Source: Verrucomicrobiia bacterium
GTDB lineage: Bacteria > Verrucomicrobiota > Verrucomicrobiia > CAIQCK01
NCBI GenBank assembly: GCA_041667205.1
Contig: JBAYFL010000003.1
Coordinates: 126,325-190,324, forward strand
Direction: 5' to 3'
Length of the DNA stretch: 64,000 nucleotides
Shown: piece by piece, positions 9,207 to 17,581 of the stretch
Numbering within the stretch: position 1 is the stretch's first letter
Layout of the letters: each line of letters opens with the position of its first letter
Program-made: the position numbers and the translations under genes
The notes under the pieces: model-generated
Told to the model about the DNA's origin: nothing
The model's database searches: none
What the model saw: the letters and a program-made list of their open reading frames with translations, nothing else

Positions 9207-10661
9207 ATGAAACACAACACCGCATGGATGATGGCAGCGACGCTCGCACTCGCCACCGCGACTTCGGCCCAGATCATTGACACCTCCGAGACACGCGTGC
9301 AGACCACGCTCGATCCGAAGATGAAACGGATCGGCACTATCGAGCCGCGGAGCGTTGGCGAGATTGGCGGGCAGAACTGGTCCATCGGCTGCGAGACGAT
9401 CGATCGCGATTTCACCAACTGGGATTCCTACAAGGACTATCTCGTGCCACTCGGCATCAAACTGATCCGGCTGCAAGGCGGCTGGGCCAAGTGTGAGCGC
9501 GACCAGGGCAAATACGATTGGCGCTGGCTCGACCGCATCATTGACGATGCGCGCAGCCGCGGGTTGGAGATCATCCTCCAGACCAACTACGGCAACCCGA
9601 TCTATCCCGGCGGCGGCAGCCGGCATCTGTCCGGAGGTTTTCCGACTTCCGAGGAAGCGCTTGCGGCGTGGGACAAGTGGGTCGAGGCGATGGCGACGCG
9701 CTACAAAGGCAAGGTGCGCGATTGGGAGATGTGGAACGAGCCGAACAACAACAAGGCGCACACGCCCGAACTGACTGCCGACTTCGACATCCGAACGGCG
9801 GAGATCATCAAGCGCGTGATTCCCGACGCGCGCATCGCTGGCGCGGTGTTGAACTCTCCCGCGTTGGCTTACGCGGAGGGCTGGTTGAAACGCGTGGCGG
9901 AAAAGCAAAAACAGTCGCTCTTCACCTGGTTCATCTATCACGCCTACACGCGCAACCCCGACGAGAAACATTACGAGGAGGTCGAGAAACTCAAGGCGTT
10001 ACTCCAGCAGTATGCGCCAACGATCAAGCCATGGCAGGGTGAGGCCGGCACACAGTCGGAGTTCTGTCTCGGCGGTGCGTTGTGCAAGTATCCGTGGACC
10101 GAACTGACACAAGCGAAGTGGCAGGCGCGGCGGATGCTCGGCGACCTCGGCCACGACGTCGAGTCGTTGGTCTTCTCCATGGCCGACCTCGATTACAACC
10201 GTTGGGACGGCTACAGGCTCGGCGACATGGACCGTTACGGGCTGGTCAAGACCGACAAGCAATACCGGCTGCTCAAGGTGAAAATCGCTTACTACGCCGT
10301 GCAGAACCTCGTCGCGATCTTCGACGACACGCTCGTGCGCGTGCCGGATTATCCGTGCGAAGTCCAGTGCGAGAAAGCAACGGCCTTCTACGCCTACAAG
10401 AACACGCAGAGCGGCCAGCAGGTGCTCGTGTTCTGGGACAAGAGCGCCGTGCCATCCAACCAAAACGACACCGTGCCCGCGATGTTCACCATCGCCAAAG
10501 GTTCCTTCACCGAGCCAGTCTGGGTGGACCTGATCACCGGCGGCATCCACGAGATTCCGGCGGCGAAGATCGCGCGCGACGGCGAAAAGCTGATCTTCAA
10601 AGACATCCCGATCTATGACGCGCCCGCGCTCATCGCCGACAAGAGTCTGGTGATGAAATAG
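9207..10661 (+). CDS. Secreted clan GH-A glycoside hydrolase (GH39/GH5-like TIM barrel)
   Basis: Signal peptide. 'WEMWNEPN' acid/base motif, plus a later 'GEAGTQSE' region consistent with a nucleophile Glu. Confidence 0.6.
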   Translation: MKHNTAWMMAATLALATATSAQIIDTSETRVQTTLDPKMKRIGTIEPRSVGEIGGQNWSIGCETIDRDFTNWDSYKDYLVPLGIKLIRLQGGWAKCERDQGKYDWRWLDRIIDDARSRGLEIILQTNYGNPIYPGGGSRHLSGGFPTSEEALAAWDKWVEAMATRYKGKVRDWEMWNEPNNNKAHTPELTADFDIRTAEIIKRVIPDARIAGAVLNSPALAYAEGWLKRVAEKQKQSLFTWFIYHAYTRNPDEKHYEEVEKLKALLQQYAPTIKPWQGEAGTQSEFCLGGALCKYPWTELTQAKWQARRMLGDLGHDVESLVFSMADLDYNRWDGYRLGDMDRYGLVKTDKQYRLLKVKIAYYAVQNLVAIFDDTLVRVPDYPCEVQCEKATAFYAYKNTQSGQQVLVFWDKSAVPSNQNDTVPAMFTIAKGSFTEPVWVDLITGGIHEIPAAKIARDGEKLIFKDIPIYDAPALIADKSLVMK

Positions 10662-10920
10662 CGGGCCGCGCGCATCCGCGCTCGGCAACGCCGTCATCCG
10701 CATCCAGTGCGACGCCGTCTCCGGCGCGGACCATTACGTCTTCCGCGGCAAAGTCCTCACCGTGGACACCAAGTTCCGTTACCTCGGCTCCTCCAGCAAT
10801 CCCGACTACAACGCCGAAGAGATGCCGGCGGGCAAAACCGTCGAAGTCCAAGTCGTCGCCGCCAACGCCGAAGGCGCCCAAGGCCCCGCCGGCACTGCAG
10901 CCAGTGTGGTGGTGACATAG
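10657..10920 (+). pseudogene. Start-less fibronectin type III-like domain fragment in the +1 frame, directly after the GH stop
   Basis: Translation 'IRIQCDAVSGADHYVFRGKVLTVDTKFRYL..GKTVEVQVVAANAEGAQGPAG' is FN3-like. There is no start codon; the frame opens right after a TGATGA in that frame. Confidence 0.35.
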
Positions 10921-10961
10921 AGCAACTTTGCTGGTAAGAAACCCGACAGGAGGAAACAACT

Positions 10962-11621
10962 ATGATTCGTTCTTATCTTAAAGTAGCCGTAACGACGCTC
11001 ATACTCGCGACAAGCGCGATGATCTATGCGCAGGACGCGTTACCCAACGATTCAGCATGGTCGGCAGGCGTTGACCTCATGCGCTTGATTGATCCGGCGA
11101 AAGATCGATTAGAGGGCCAGTGGAGTAAACAGGAAGCAAAGTTAATTACTGCCGGAGACTCCGCGCGTTCCAAATTGCAGATTCCCTTCCATCCGCCAAA
11201 GGAATATGATTTTCGCACGGTTTTCACTCGTGCAAGCAACACCGCTTTGGTCATACAAATCTTCTCCCAGAGTGAGCATGTCGGAATGTGGCTCATGGAG
11301 AATGGTTATTTGGGTTTTGCAATGGTGAACGGCCAGTCGGCAAACAGTAATCCGACCACGGTTGCGAATCCCGGTGGTAAAGAAACTAGTGGACGCCACA
11401 CTTCAATTCTTCAGGTCCGTCGGAGGAGCATAAAGGCCTATTTGGACGGCAAGCTTGTCAATCAGATGAAAACTGATTACAGCAACCTGAGTTTACATTC
11501 CGCATGGGAAATTCCAAATCATCGCTGTCTCGGATTGGCAACCGTTGGTCCTGCCACATTTGAGAAAATTGATCTGATTGAAGTGATGGGCAAAGGATCC
11601 GCAACTACCAGACGGAAATGA
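10962..11621 (+). CDS. Secreted LamG/jellyroll-fold protein, DUF1080-like (putative 3-keto-glycoside hydrolase family)
   Basis: AGGAGG RBS and a signal peptide. 'GQWSKQEAKLITAGDS..YDFRTVFT' pattern. Gene GC is about 48%, well below the flanks. Confidence 0.45.
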   Translation: MIRSYLKVAVTTLILATSAMIYAQDALPNDSAWSAGVDLMRLIDPAKDRLEGQWSKQEAKLITAGDSARSKLQIPFHPPKEYDFRTVFTRASNTALVIQIFSQSEHVGMWLMENGYLGFAMVNGQSANSNPTTVANPGGKETSGRHTSILQVRRRSIKAYLDGKLVNQMKTDYSNLSLHSAWEIPNHRCLGLATVGPATFEKIDLIEVMGKGSATTRRK

Positions 11622-11685
11622 CGACGATAAGGACACCCTTGCTCTCAGCACCACAGCACAAAAGGTAGGGACGACGCGGCGACAA

Positions 11686-13068
11686 TTACAGCGTCCAACC
11701 TTCGCGATAGGTGCGCTTGACGTAGCTGTTGGCTTGCTTGTCGTTGGTCACTTCCATCTTCTCGCCGTCCCAGAAGAGGCGGCGGTTGGGGTAACGCACG
11801 GCGAGATTGCCCATCAGCACCATCTCGGAGAGCGGGCCGGAGAAGTCGAAGCTCGAGCACGCGGGCTTGCCGTCCTTGCAGGCGCGAATCCAATCCTTCT
11901 CGTGCCCCTCCTTGCCGCCGGGAACGCGCTCCAGCGTCTTCGCCGGGCGCTTGAACGCCTTCATCTTCGCGTCAGGAATGAGGCGCGGACTCTCGCCAAA
12001 GCAGCCGCAGATGAGTTTGCCCTTGTCGCCGATGAACAACACGCCGCCGTCGGAGTTGCCCATTTGGCGGCCCTCCTCCAACTCGACGGGCCGTGGGGGC
12101 ATCATGCCGCCGTCCCACCACGTCAGGTTCACCGCCGGCATGGAGTCGCGTTTCGGGAACGCATAGCGCACGATGGTGGAGCGCGGGAAGTTTTCGTTCT
12201 TCGGCTCGACGACTTTCCAGAGGTCGCGCCAGTAGGTAGAGATGCAGCCCTCGACGCTCGTGGGATACTTCAGTTTCATGGACCAGAAGACGCAGTCGAG
12301 GATGTGGCAGCCGAGGTCGCCGAGCGAGCCGGTGCCAAAATCGCACCACGCGCGCCAGTTGCCGGGATGGTAGGCATGATTGAACGGGCGGAACGGCGCG
12401 GGGCCGATCCATTTGTCCCAATCCATGCCCTGCGGCACAGGCTCCGCCTCGGGCCGGCCGACCTCGATGCCTTGCGGCCAGACGGGGCGGTTGGTCCAGG
12501 CGTGAATCTCGCGCACGTTGCCAATGGCGCCGGCCCAGAGCCATTCGCAAACCATCCGCGCGCCCTCGCCGGAGCGGCCCTGGTTGCCCATCTGCGTGAT
12601 GACTTTGTATTTGCGGGCGGCTTCGGTCATGGCGCGCACTTCGTTGACCGAATGCGCCAGCGGCTTCTGGACGTAAACGTGTTTGCCGGCCTTCATGCAG
12701 GCCATCGCGACAACGGCGTGGTTGTGGTCAGGCGTGGCGATGACCACCGCCTCGATGTCCTTCTGCTTCTCCAGCATCTCGTGGAAGTCCATATAGACCT
12801 TCGCGCCGGGATGCGCCTTGAAGGTTTTGGCGGCGTAGTTGGGATCAATGTCGCAGAGCGCGACAATGTTCTCCGTCTCGGAGCAACGCTTGATGTTGTT
12901 GCCGCCCATGCCGCCGACGCCGACGCCGGCGATGTTGAGCTTGCGGCTCGGCGGAGTCTGGCCGTTGAGGCCGAGCACGTAGCCCGGCAGGACGTGGAAC
13001 GCCGCCGTGGCAACGGCCGCGCGGCGGAGGAAGCTGCGACGAGAGAAAGTGGAATCAGGTTGGTTCAT
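11686..13068 (-). CDS. Gfo/Idh/MocA-family NAD(P)-dependent oxidoreductase with Tat signal (glycoside 3-dehydrogenase-like)
   Basis: Internal start MNQPD with a GGAGAA RBS. 'SRRSFLRRAAVATAAF' twin-arginine leader, then a 'NIAGVGVGGMGG' Rossmann motif. Confidence 0.8.
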   Translation of the reverse strand: MNQPDSTFSRRSFLRRAAVATAAFHVLPGYVLGLNGQTPPSRKLNIAGVGVGGMGGNNIKRCSETENIVALCDIDPNYAAKTFKAHPGAKVYMDFHEMLEKQKDIEAVVIATPDHNHAVVAMACMKAGKHVYVQKPLAHSVNEVRAMTEAARKYKVITQMGNQGRSGEGARMVCEWLWAGAIGNVREIHAWTNRPVWPQGIEVGRPEAEPVPQGMDWDKWIGPAPFRPFNHAYHPGNWRAWCDFGTGSLGDLGCHILDCVFWSMKLKYPTSVEGCISTYWRDLWKVVEPKNENFPRSTIVRYAFPKRDSMPAVNLTWWDGGMMPPRPVELEEGRQMGNSDGGVLFIGDKGKLICGCFGESPRLIPDAKMKAFKRPAKTLERVPGGKEGHEKDWIRACKDGKPACSSFDFSGPLSEMVLMGNLAVRYPNRRLFWDGEKMEVTNDKQANSYVKRTYREGWTL

Positions 13069-13310
13069 GGTTGAGTTCTCCTTTTCGATGGCGGCCAGTG
13101 TAATCTCAGCGGCAGTTGCGCAACATAACTTTTTCGAAGCCTTGACCGTAAGGGTTTCCATCAGATTGAGTATTGGCACAACGCGACATCGTTTATGCCA
13201 AAGGCGACCGCGACAGCCGTCAACAAATCGCCTGACAAGCGCCCTTGCATCCGCCTATAGTGCGCCTCGCTGATAACAACACTGGGTTTCGCCTACGAAA
13301 GGACGCCATC

Positions 13311-14207
13311 ATGAACCGACTCCTGCTCATTGCAGCGTTTTCCATCGCCGCAACCATTGTCAGCGCCGCTACGCCGATCGTCACCCATCAACAAACCCGC
13401 AAGATCGGCGCGACCAAGGCCACCCAATGCCAGTCCCTCTCCCACTTCTGCCTCAACACCGCCGGCGACATCGTTGCTTGTGACGAAGGCGACGACGTCG
13501 TGCGTGTCATCACAACCCGCGACCAGCTCAAGGCCACATGGAAGATGCCGTTTTCCCCGCACGCCATCGCTGCACGCGCGGATGGCAGTTACGTGGTGAC
13601 CAGTTCCGCCACCGTGGCACTTCTCGGCCCCGACGGCAAAATCCTCAAGACTGCGGAGCTGCCCGGCGCCGGCAAGTATTCCCGCTCGCCCGGCGCCGCC
13701 GTCATCAAGGACGACATTTTCGTCTGCTCGCGCGCCGGCACATCGTTCGCGGTCTTCCGGTTCAACAAGCAACTGGGCGACTGCAAGGAGATCGTCCGCG
13801 GCCTGCGCGGCTGTTGCGGCTGCCAGGACATCGGCACGGACGGCAAGGACCTCTACGTTGTCGAGAACGCCCGCCATCACGTGATGCGCTTCGACCGTGA
13901 CGGAAACAAGCTCGGCGAGTTCGGCAAACGCGACCCCGACTCGCTCGAAGGCTACGGCGGCTGTTGCGAGCCGAAGAACATCTGCTTTGGTCCCGCCGGC
14001 GCCATCTACACCTCCGAGTCCAACAACTTCCGCGTCAAGCGCTGGAGCGCCGACGGCAAGTGCACGCTGGTGGCGATGGTGAAGTCGCAATACGTCGGCT
14101 GCACGCAGGTGGCCATTGCCACCAACAAGGATGGCAGCGAGCTGTATTTCCTGGACAAAGTTGGCTGCGTCATCCACGTGCTGACCGGTCCGGCCTTGGG
14201 GAAATAG
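13311..14207 (+). CDS. Secreted NHL-repeat-like beta-propeller protein, rich in Cys pairs
   Basis: AAAGGA RBS and signal peptide MNRLLLIAAFSIAATIVSA. NHL-like 'DLYVVENARHHVMRFDRDG'. Unusual CC pairs 'GCCGCQD' and 'GGCCEPKN'. Confidence 0.5.
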   Translation: MNRLLLIAAFSIAATIVSAATPIVTHQQTRKIGATKATQCQSLSHFCLNTAGDIVACDEGDDVVRVITTRDQLKATWKMPFSPHAIAARADGSYVVTSSATVALLGPDGKILKTAELPGAGKYSRSPGAAVIKDDIFVCSRAGTSFAVFRFNKQLGDCKEIVRGLRGCCGCQDIGTDGKDLYVVENARHHVMRFDRDGNKLGEFGKRDPDSLEGYGGCCEPKNICFGPAGAIYTSESNNFRVKRWSADGKCTLVAMVKSQYVGCTQVAIATNKDGSELYFLDKVGCVIHVLTGPALGK

Positions 14208-14210
14208 CGC

Positions 14211-16253
14211 ATGCCTGCCGCCAAGCCTCTTTCTGGTTTTCTGAAACCGTTCGCTCTTCCGTTCGCGTTGCTCGCTCTTGCCGTCGGTTGCGGCCAACCC
14301 ACGCCACAGCCCGCCGCGCGCGAGCCGCTCCGCATGATCGTGATGGACCCGCTCTGCAAGCAACTCGCATGTGCGTGCGTAAAAGGCTTCGCCCAGCGCG
14401 ACTATCATGCGCTCGCAGCGTTCATGAGCGCAAAGCTCGGCCGCCCGGTCGAGGCGTTTGTGCAAGAGAGTTTGAAGGAGGCCGAGCGCGTCACCGATGG
14501 AAAACTCGACTTGATCATCGGCAAACAGTCGGAGGTTTGCGCGCAAGCCGCTGCCATCAACATCCCGATCTCGCCGCTGGCGATGCTGACCGACCGCGAG
14601 GGGAAGACCACGCTCACCGGCCTCTTCATCGTGCGCAGCGACGACCCCGCCAAAAGCGTCGCGGATCTGAAAGGACGGAAAGTTCTCTTCGGTCCGCCCA
14701 CTTGCGATGAGAAACATGCCGCCGCCCTCGCGCTGATGAAGTCGCTCATCCTGCCGCTCCCCGAGAAGCCGGAGACACTAGCCACGTGCAACCAAACCGG
14801 CCTGGCCGTCTTTGAGAAACAAGCCGATGCTGGCGTTATCTCCAGTTACGCAATGGCACTGCTGGAAGGCTGCGGCGCGATTGACAAAGGCGCGCTCCGC
14901 GTCATCGGCCACACCGCGCCCGTGCCATTCATCAGCGTGTTCGTCACGAAGCGAGTTTCAGCGACAGACGCGGAGGCGATCACGAAAGCGCTGCTGGCCG
15001 TCAGCGGCGATTCGCAGTTGAAAGAGAAGATGGAGACTCGCGACGGCTTCGTCCCCTGCCCCGCCCAAAAGGAAACCGCCGGCTGGACCGACTGGCGCGG
15101 CGGGCCGCGACGCGACGCCATCAGCAACGACATGCCCGCAAAGCTGCCCACTCAGGCACGTTTTCTTTGGCGCAAGAAGATGGAAAGCCCGGCGATGGCC
15201 GGCATCGCCGTGCTACCGCCGTTCCTGATCGTCGCGGACAAGACCAGCGGCACCAAAGACGACACGTGGCGCTGCCTCAACGCCGATACGGGCGCACAAC
15301 TCTGGGAACTGACCTATCCCGCGCCCGGCGAACTGGACTACACCAACACGCCCCGCGCCACGCCAGTCATCGTTGGCGGGAAGGTTTATCTGCTCGGCGC
15401 GTTCGGTCACCTGCACTGCGTCGAGTTGAAGACCGGCAAGGTTCTTTGGAAACGTGACCTCCTCGCCGACTTCGGAGGCAAGTCGTTGGCGTGGGGATTC
15501 TGCCCCAGCCCGACCATTGACGGCGACCGTCTCATCACCGGCACCGCGTCGAAGGACGCCGCCATCGTCGCACTCGACCGCCACACCGGCAAACTGCTCT
15601 GGAAGACGCCCGGCGAGCCAATGGCCCACGGCGCGATGTTGCTGGACGTGTTCGGCGGACGGCGGCAACTCGTCGGCTATGACATCGAATCCATCCGCGG
15701 CTGGGACCCGGAGACCGGCAAGTGCCTGTGGAGCATCACGCCGCCAAAACCGCGCGACTACAACGTTCCCACGCCGCTGAAGTTCGGCAAGTTCCTGCTC
15801 CTCTCCACCGACGACCACGCCACGAGGCTCCATGCGTTTAATGCCGACGGCACCATCCGCCCTCAGCCGGTCGCAAAGCACAACGACCTCAAGCCGGAAA
15901 TCTCCACGCCGGTCATTGTCAACGGCCTGCTCTTCGGCACGATCAACGACCTGCTGTTCTGCCTCGACGCCGCCAACGGACTGGCCGAGCGATGGCGTTT
16001 TGAGGACAAGGCGCTCAACGAATACGCCAGCCTCATCGGCGGCAACAACCGCGTCCTGGCCACGACCACCACCGGCGAACTGCTGCTCTTCGCCGCGGAG
16101 AGCCGAAGCTACCGCCTCATCTCGCGACTGCAAGTCTTCCAAGGAAAGAACGGTCGCTCGCCCGACCTCTGGGCGCACCCCGCGCTCGTCGGCAATCGCC
16201 TCTACCTGCGTAGCCCAGAAGAAACCGTCTGCCTACGGCTCGACGAGAACTGA
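14211..16253 (+). CDS. Lipoprotein fusion: PhnD/SsuA-type phosphonate-binding SBP domain plus PQQ-like (BamB-type) beta-propeller
   Basis: Lipobox 'LALAVGCGQ'. Residues 40-290 carry the PhnD signature 'LTGLFIVRSDDPAKSVADLKGRKVLFGPPTCDEKHAA'. The C-terminal 350 aa carry PQQ-like repeats ('GKVLWKRDL', 'GKLLWKTPGE', 'GKCLWS'). Start is 3 nt after the previous gene. Confidence 0.6.
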   Translation: MPAAKPLSGFLKPFALPFALLALAVGCGQPTPQPAAREPLRMIVMDPLCKQLACACVKGFAQRDYHALAAFMSAKLGRPVEAFVQESLKEAERVTDGKLDLIIGKQSEVCAQAAAINIPISPLAMLTDREGKTTLTGLFIVRSDDPAKSVADLKGRKVLFGPPTCDEKHAAALALMKSLILPLPEKPETLATCNQTGLAVFEKQADAGVISSYAMALLEGCGAIDKGALRVIGHTAPVPFISVFVTKRVSATDAEAITKALLAVSGDSQLKEKMETRDGFVPCPAQKETAGWTDWRGGPRRDAISNDMPAKLPTQARFLWRKKMESPAMAGIAVLPPFLIVADKTSGTKDDTWRCLNADTGAQLWELTYPAPGELDYTNTPRATPVIVGGKVYLLGAFGHLHCVELKTGKVLWKRDLLADFGGKSLAWGFCPSPTIDGDRLITGTASKDAAIVALDRHTGKLLWKTPGEPMAHGAMLLDVFGGRRQLVGYDIESIRGWDPETGKCLWSITPPKPRDYNVPTPLKFGKFLLLSTDDHATRLHAFNADGTIRPQPVAKHNDLKPEISTPVIVNGLLFGTINDLLFCLDAANGLAERWRFEDKALNEYASLIGGNNRVLATTTTGELLLFAAESRSYRLISRLQVFQGKNGRSPDLWAHPALVGNRLYLRSPEETVCLRLDEN

Positions 16254-16303
16254 ACAGGTGGATTTTTCGGCGCGCGTATGCTTCAATCCGCGCGCGACGC
16301 TGT

Positions 16304-16378
16304 GGGCGGTTAGCTCAGCGGTAGAGCACGTGCTTTACACGCACGCGGTCGCAGGTTCGAACCCTGCACCGCCCACCA
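16304..16378 (+). tRNA. tRNA-Val (anticodon TAC)
   Basis: GGGCGGT acceptor stem, GCTCAGCGGTAGAGC D-arm, anticodon loop TTTACAC, GGTTCGAAC T-arm, ACCGCCC-A-CCA 3' end. Confidence 0.85.
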
Positions 16379-16477
16379 GTTCTTCCACGAGAAACTCCCC
16401 ACAAATCGTATTCCAGCACTGCCGCGCGCTTGTGACTCCACGCGACGCAACGGCATGGCGCGCGATCAGTCCGCCGC

Positions 16478-17323
16478 TCAAGAGTTGTTGCCGATGAGTT
16501 CGATGCCCGGATTGAGAAACCTGATTCGGCGCGACTTGTAGAGCCCGCCGATCGCTTGCTTGAAGGCTTTCTTGCTGACGCCAAACTTCTCGCGGATGGA
16601 TTCGGGGGAACTGTTATCATCAAACGGGAGTCGCCCGTCATTTTGCTTGAGGGCCTCGACGATTTGCTCGGCCAGCGGTGCGACGCGTTTGTAGCCGGAA
16701 GCGTCGAGGGCAAGATCCATCTTGCCGTCGGGATGGACTGCGCGGACGAATCCTTTGAGTTGCTGCCCTACCTCGATGCTTGACAGGAGGTTGTTCGAGA
16801 AGAGAAGACCCATGTGTTCCCGCTCAACGATGGCGTTGTAGCCGAGTGGCGTCTTGTCCACGATGACAAGGTTTACCGGCTGCCCCGCCTGATACGGCGG
16901 ATGCGTCCGGAGAAGATGCCGCTTCAGCCGCGCCGTCGCAACGATCCGATCCGTCTTGGGATCAATGTAAACGTAAACCACCACACCCTGCCCCGGGCTG
17001 AGCGGAGCGGTCTGCTCGCGAAACGGAAGCAACAGATCCTTGGCAAGGCCCCAGTTGAGAAAGGCGCCAATCTGGGGATGGACACTGATGACTTTCAGGC
17101 AGGCAAAGTCACCCACGGTGGCCAGGGGCACTTCCGTCGTCGCGACCAAGCGATCTTCCGAATCGCGGTGGACAAAGACATCCAACTCGTCGCCGGGAGC
17201 CGCTCCCTCTGGCACGTAACGCCGGGGAAGAAGAATCTCCCCCAGTTCCTCTCCATCCAAATATGCCCCGGGCGTCGCGTGTCTCACGAGGCGCAGCCGG
17301 TTGATTTTGCCAATAAAAGCCAT
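16478..17323 (-). CDS. cvfB: CvfB/YitL-family S1 RNA-binding domain protein
   Basis: 281 aa with tandem S1-like domains and a C-terminal winged helix. Typical CvfB length and N-terminus. Confidence 0.7.
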   Translation of the reverse strand: MAFIGKINRLRLVRHATPGAYLDGEELGEILLPRRYVPEGAAPGDELDVFVHRDSEDRLVATTEVPLATVGDFACLKVISVHPQIGAFLNWGLAKDLLLPFREQTAPLSPGQGVVVYVYIDPKTDRIVATARLKRHLLRTHPPYQAGQPVNLVIVDKTPLGYNAIVEREHMGLLFSNNLLSSIEVGQQLKGFVRAVHPDGKMDLALDASGYKRVAPLAEQIVEALKQNDGRLPFDDNSSPESIREKFGVSKKAFKQAIGGLYKSRRIRFLNPGIELIGNNS

Positions 17324-17475
17324 GACGGATGAGAGTAACCGTCACCAAGCGGTTTCGGTAGAACAATCGCCGCCCGCTGCTCAATGTTTTCCACCGAATC
17401 GCGTCCGGACCCGGCCTTGGATGACTGCAGATGACTGCATTCAACGGGAGTCGTTGTCAGCCCTAACAGCTTGTG

Positions 17476-17496
17476 GTTGTGTTGAGTTTACACAAC
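17476..17496 (+). promoter_or_regulatory. Inverted repeat GTTGTGT-N7-ACACAAC in the leader of the IOR gene (candidate operator)
   Basis: Perfect 7-bp arms with a 7-nt spacer (TGTGT-N7-ACACA core), 85 nt upstream of the start codon. Confidence 0.25.
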
Positions 17497-17581
17497 ACGG
17501 CCTTAAGATGCGTAGCGGCAACACAACTGCTCCAACAAAAGCTGGCGAACCAACCGGTCCGCTGATAAAGTCCGGCATCGC

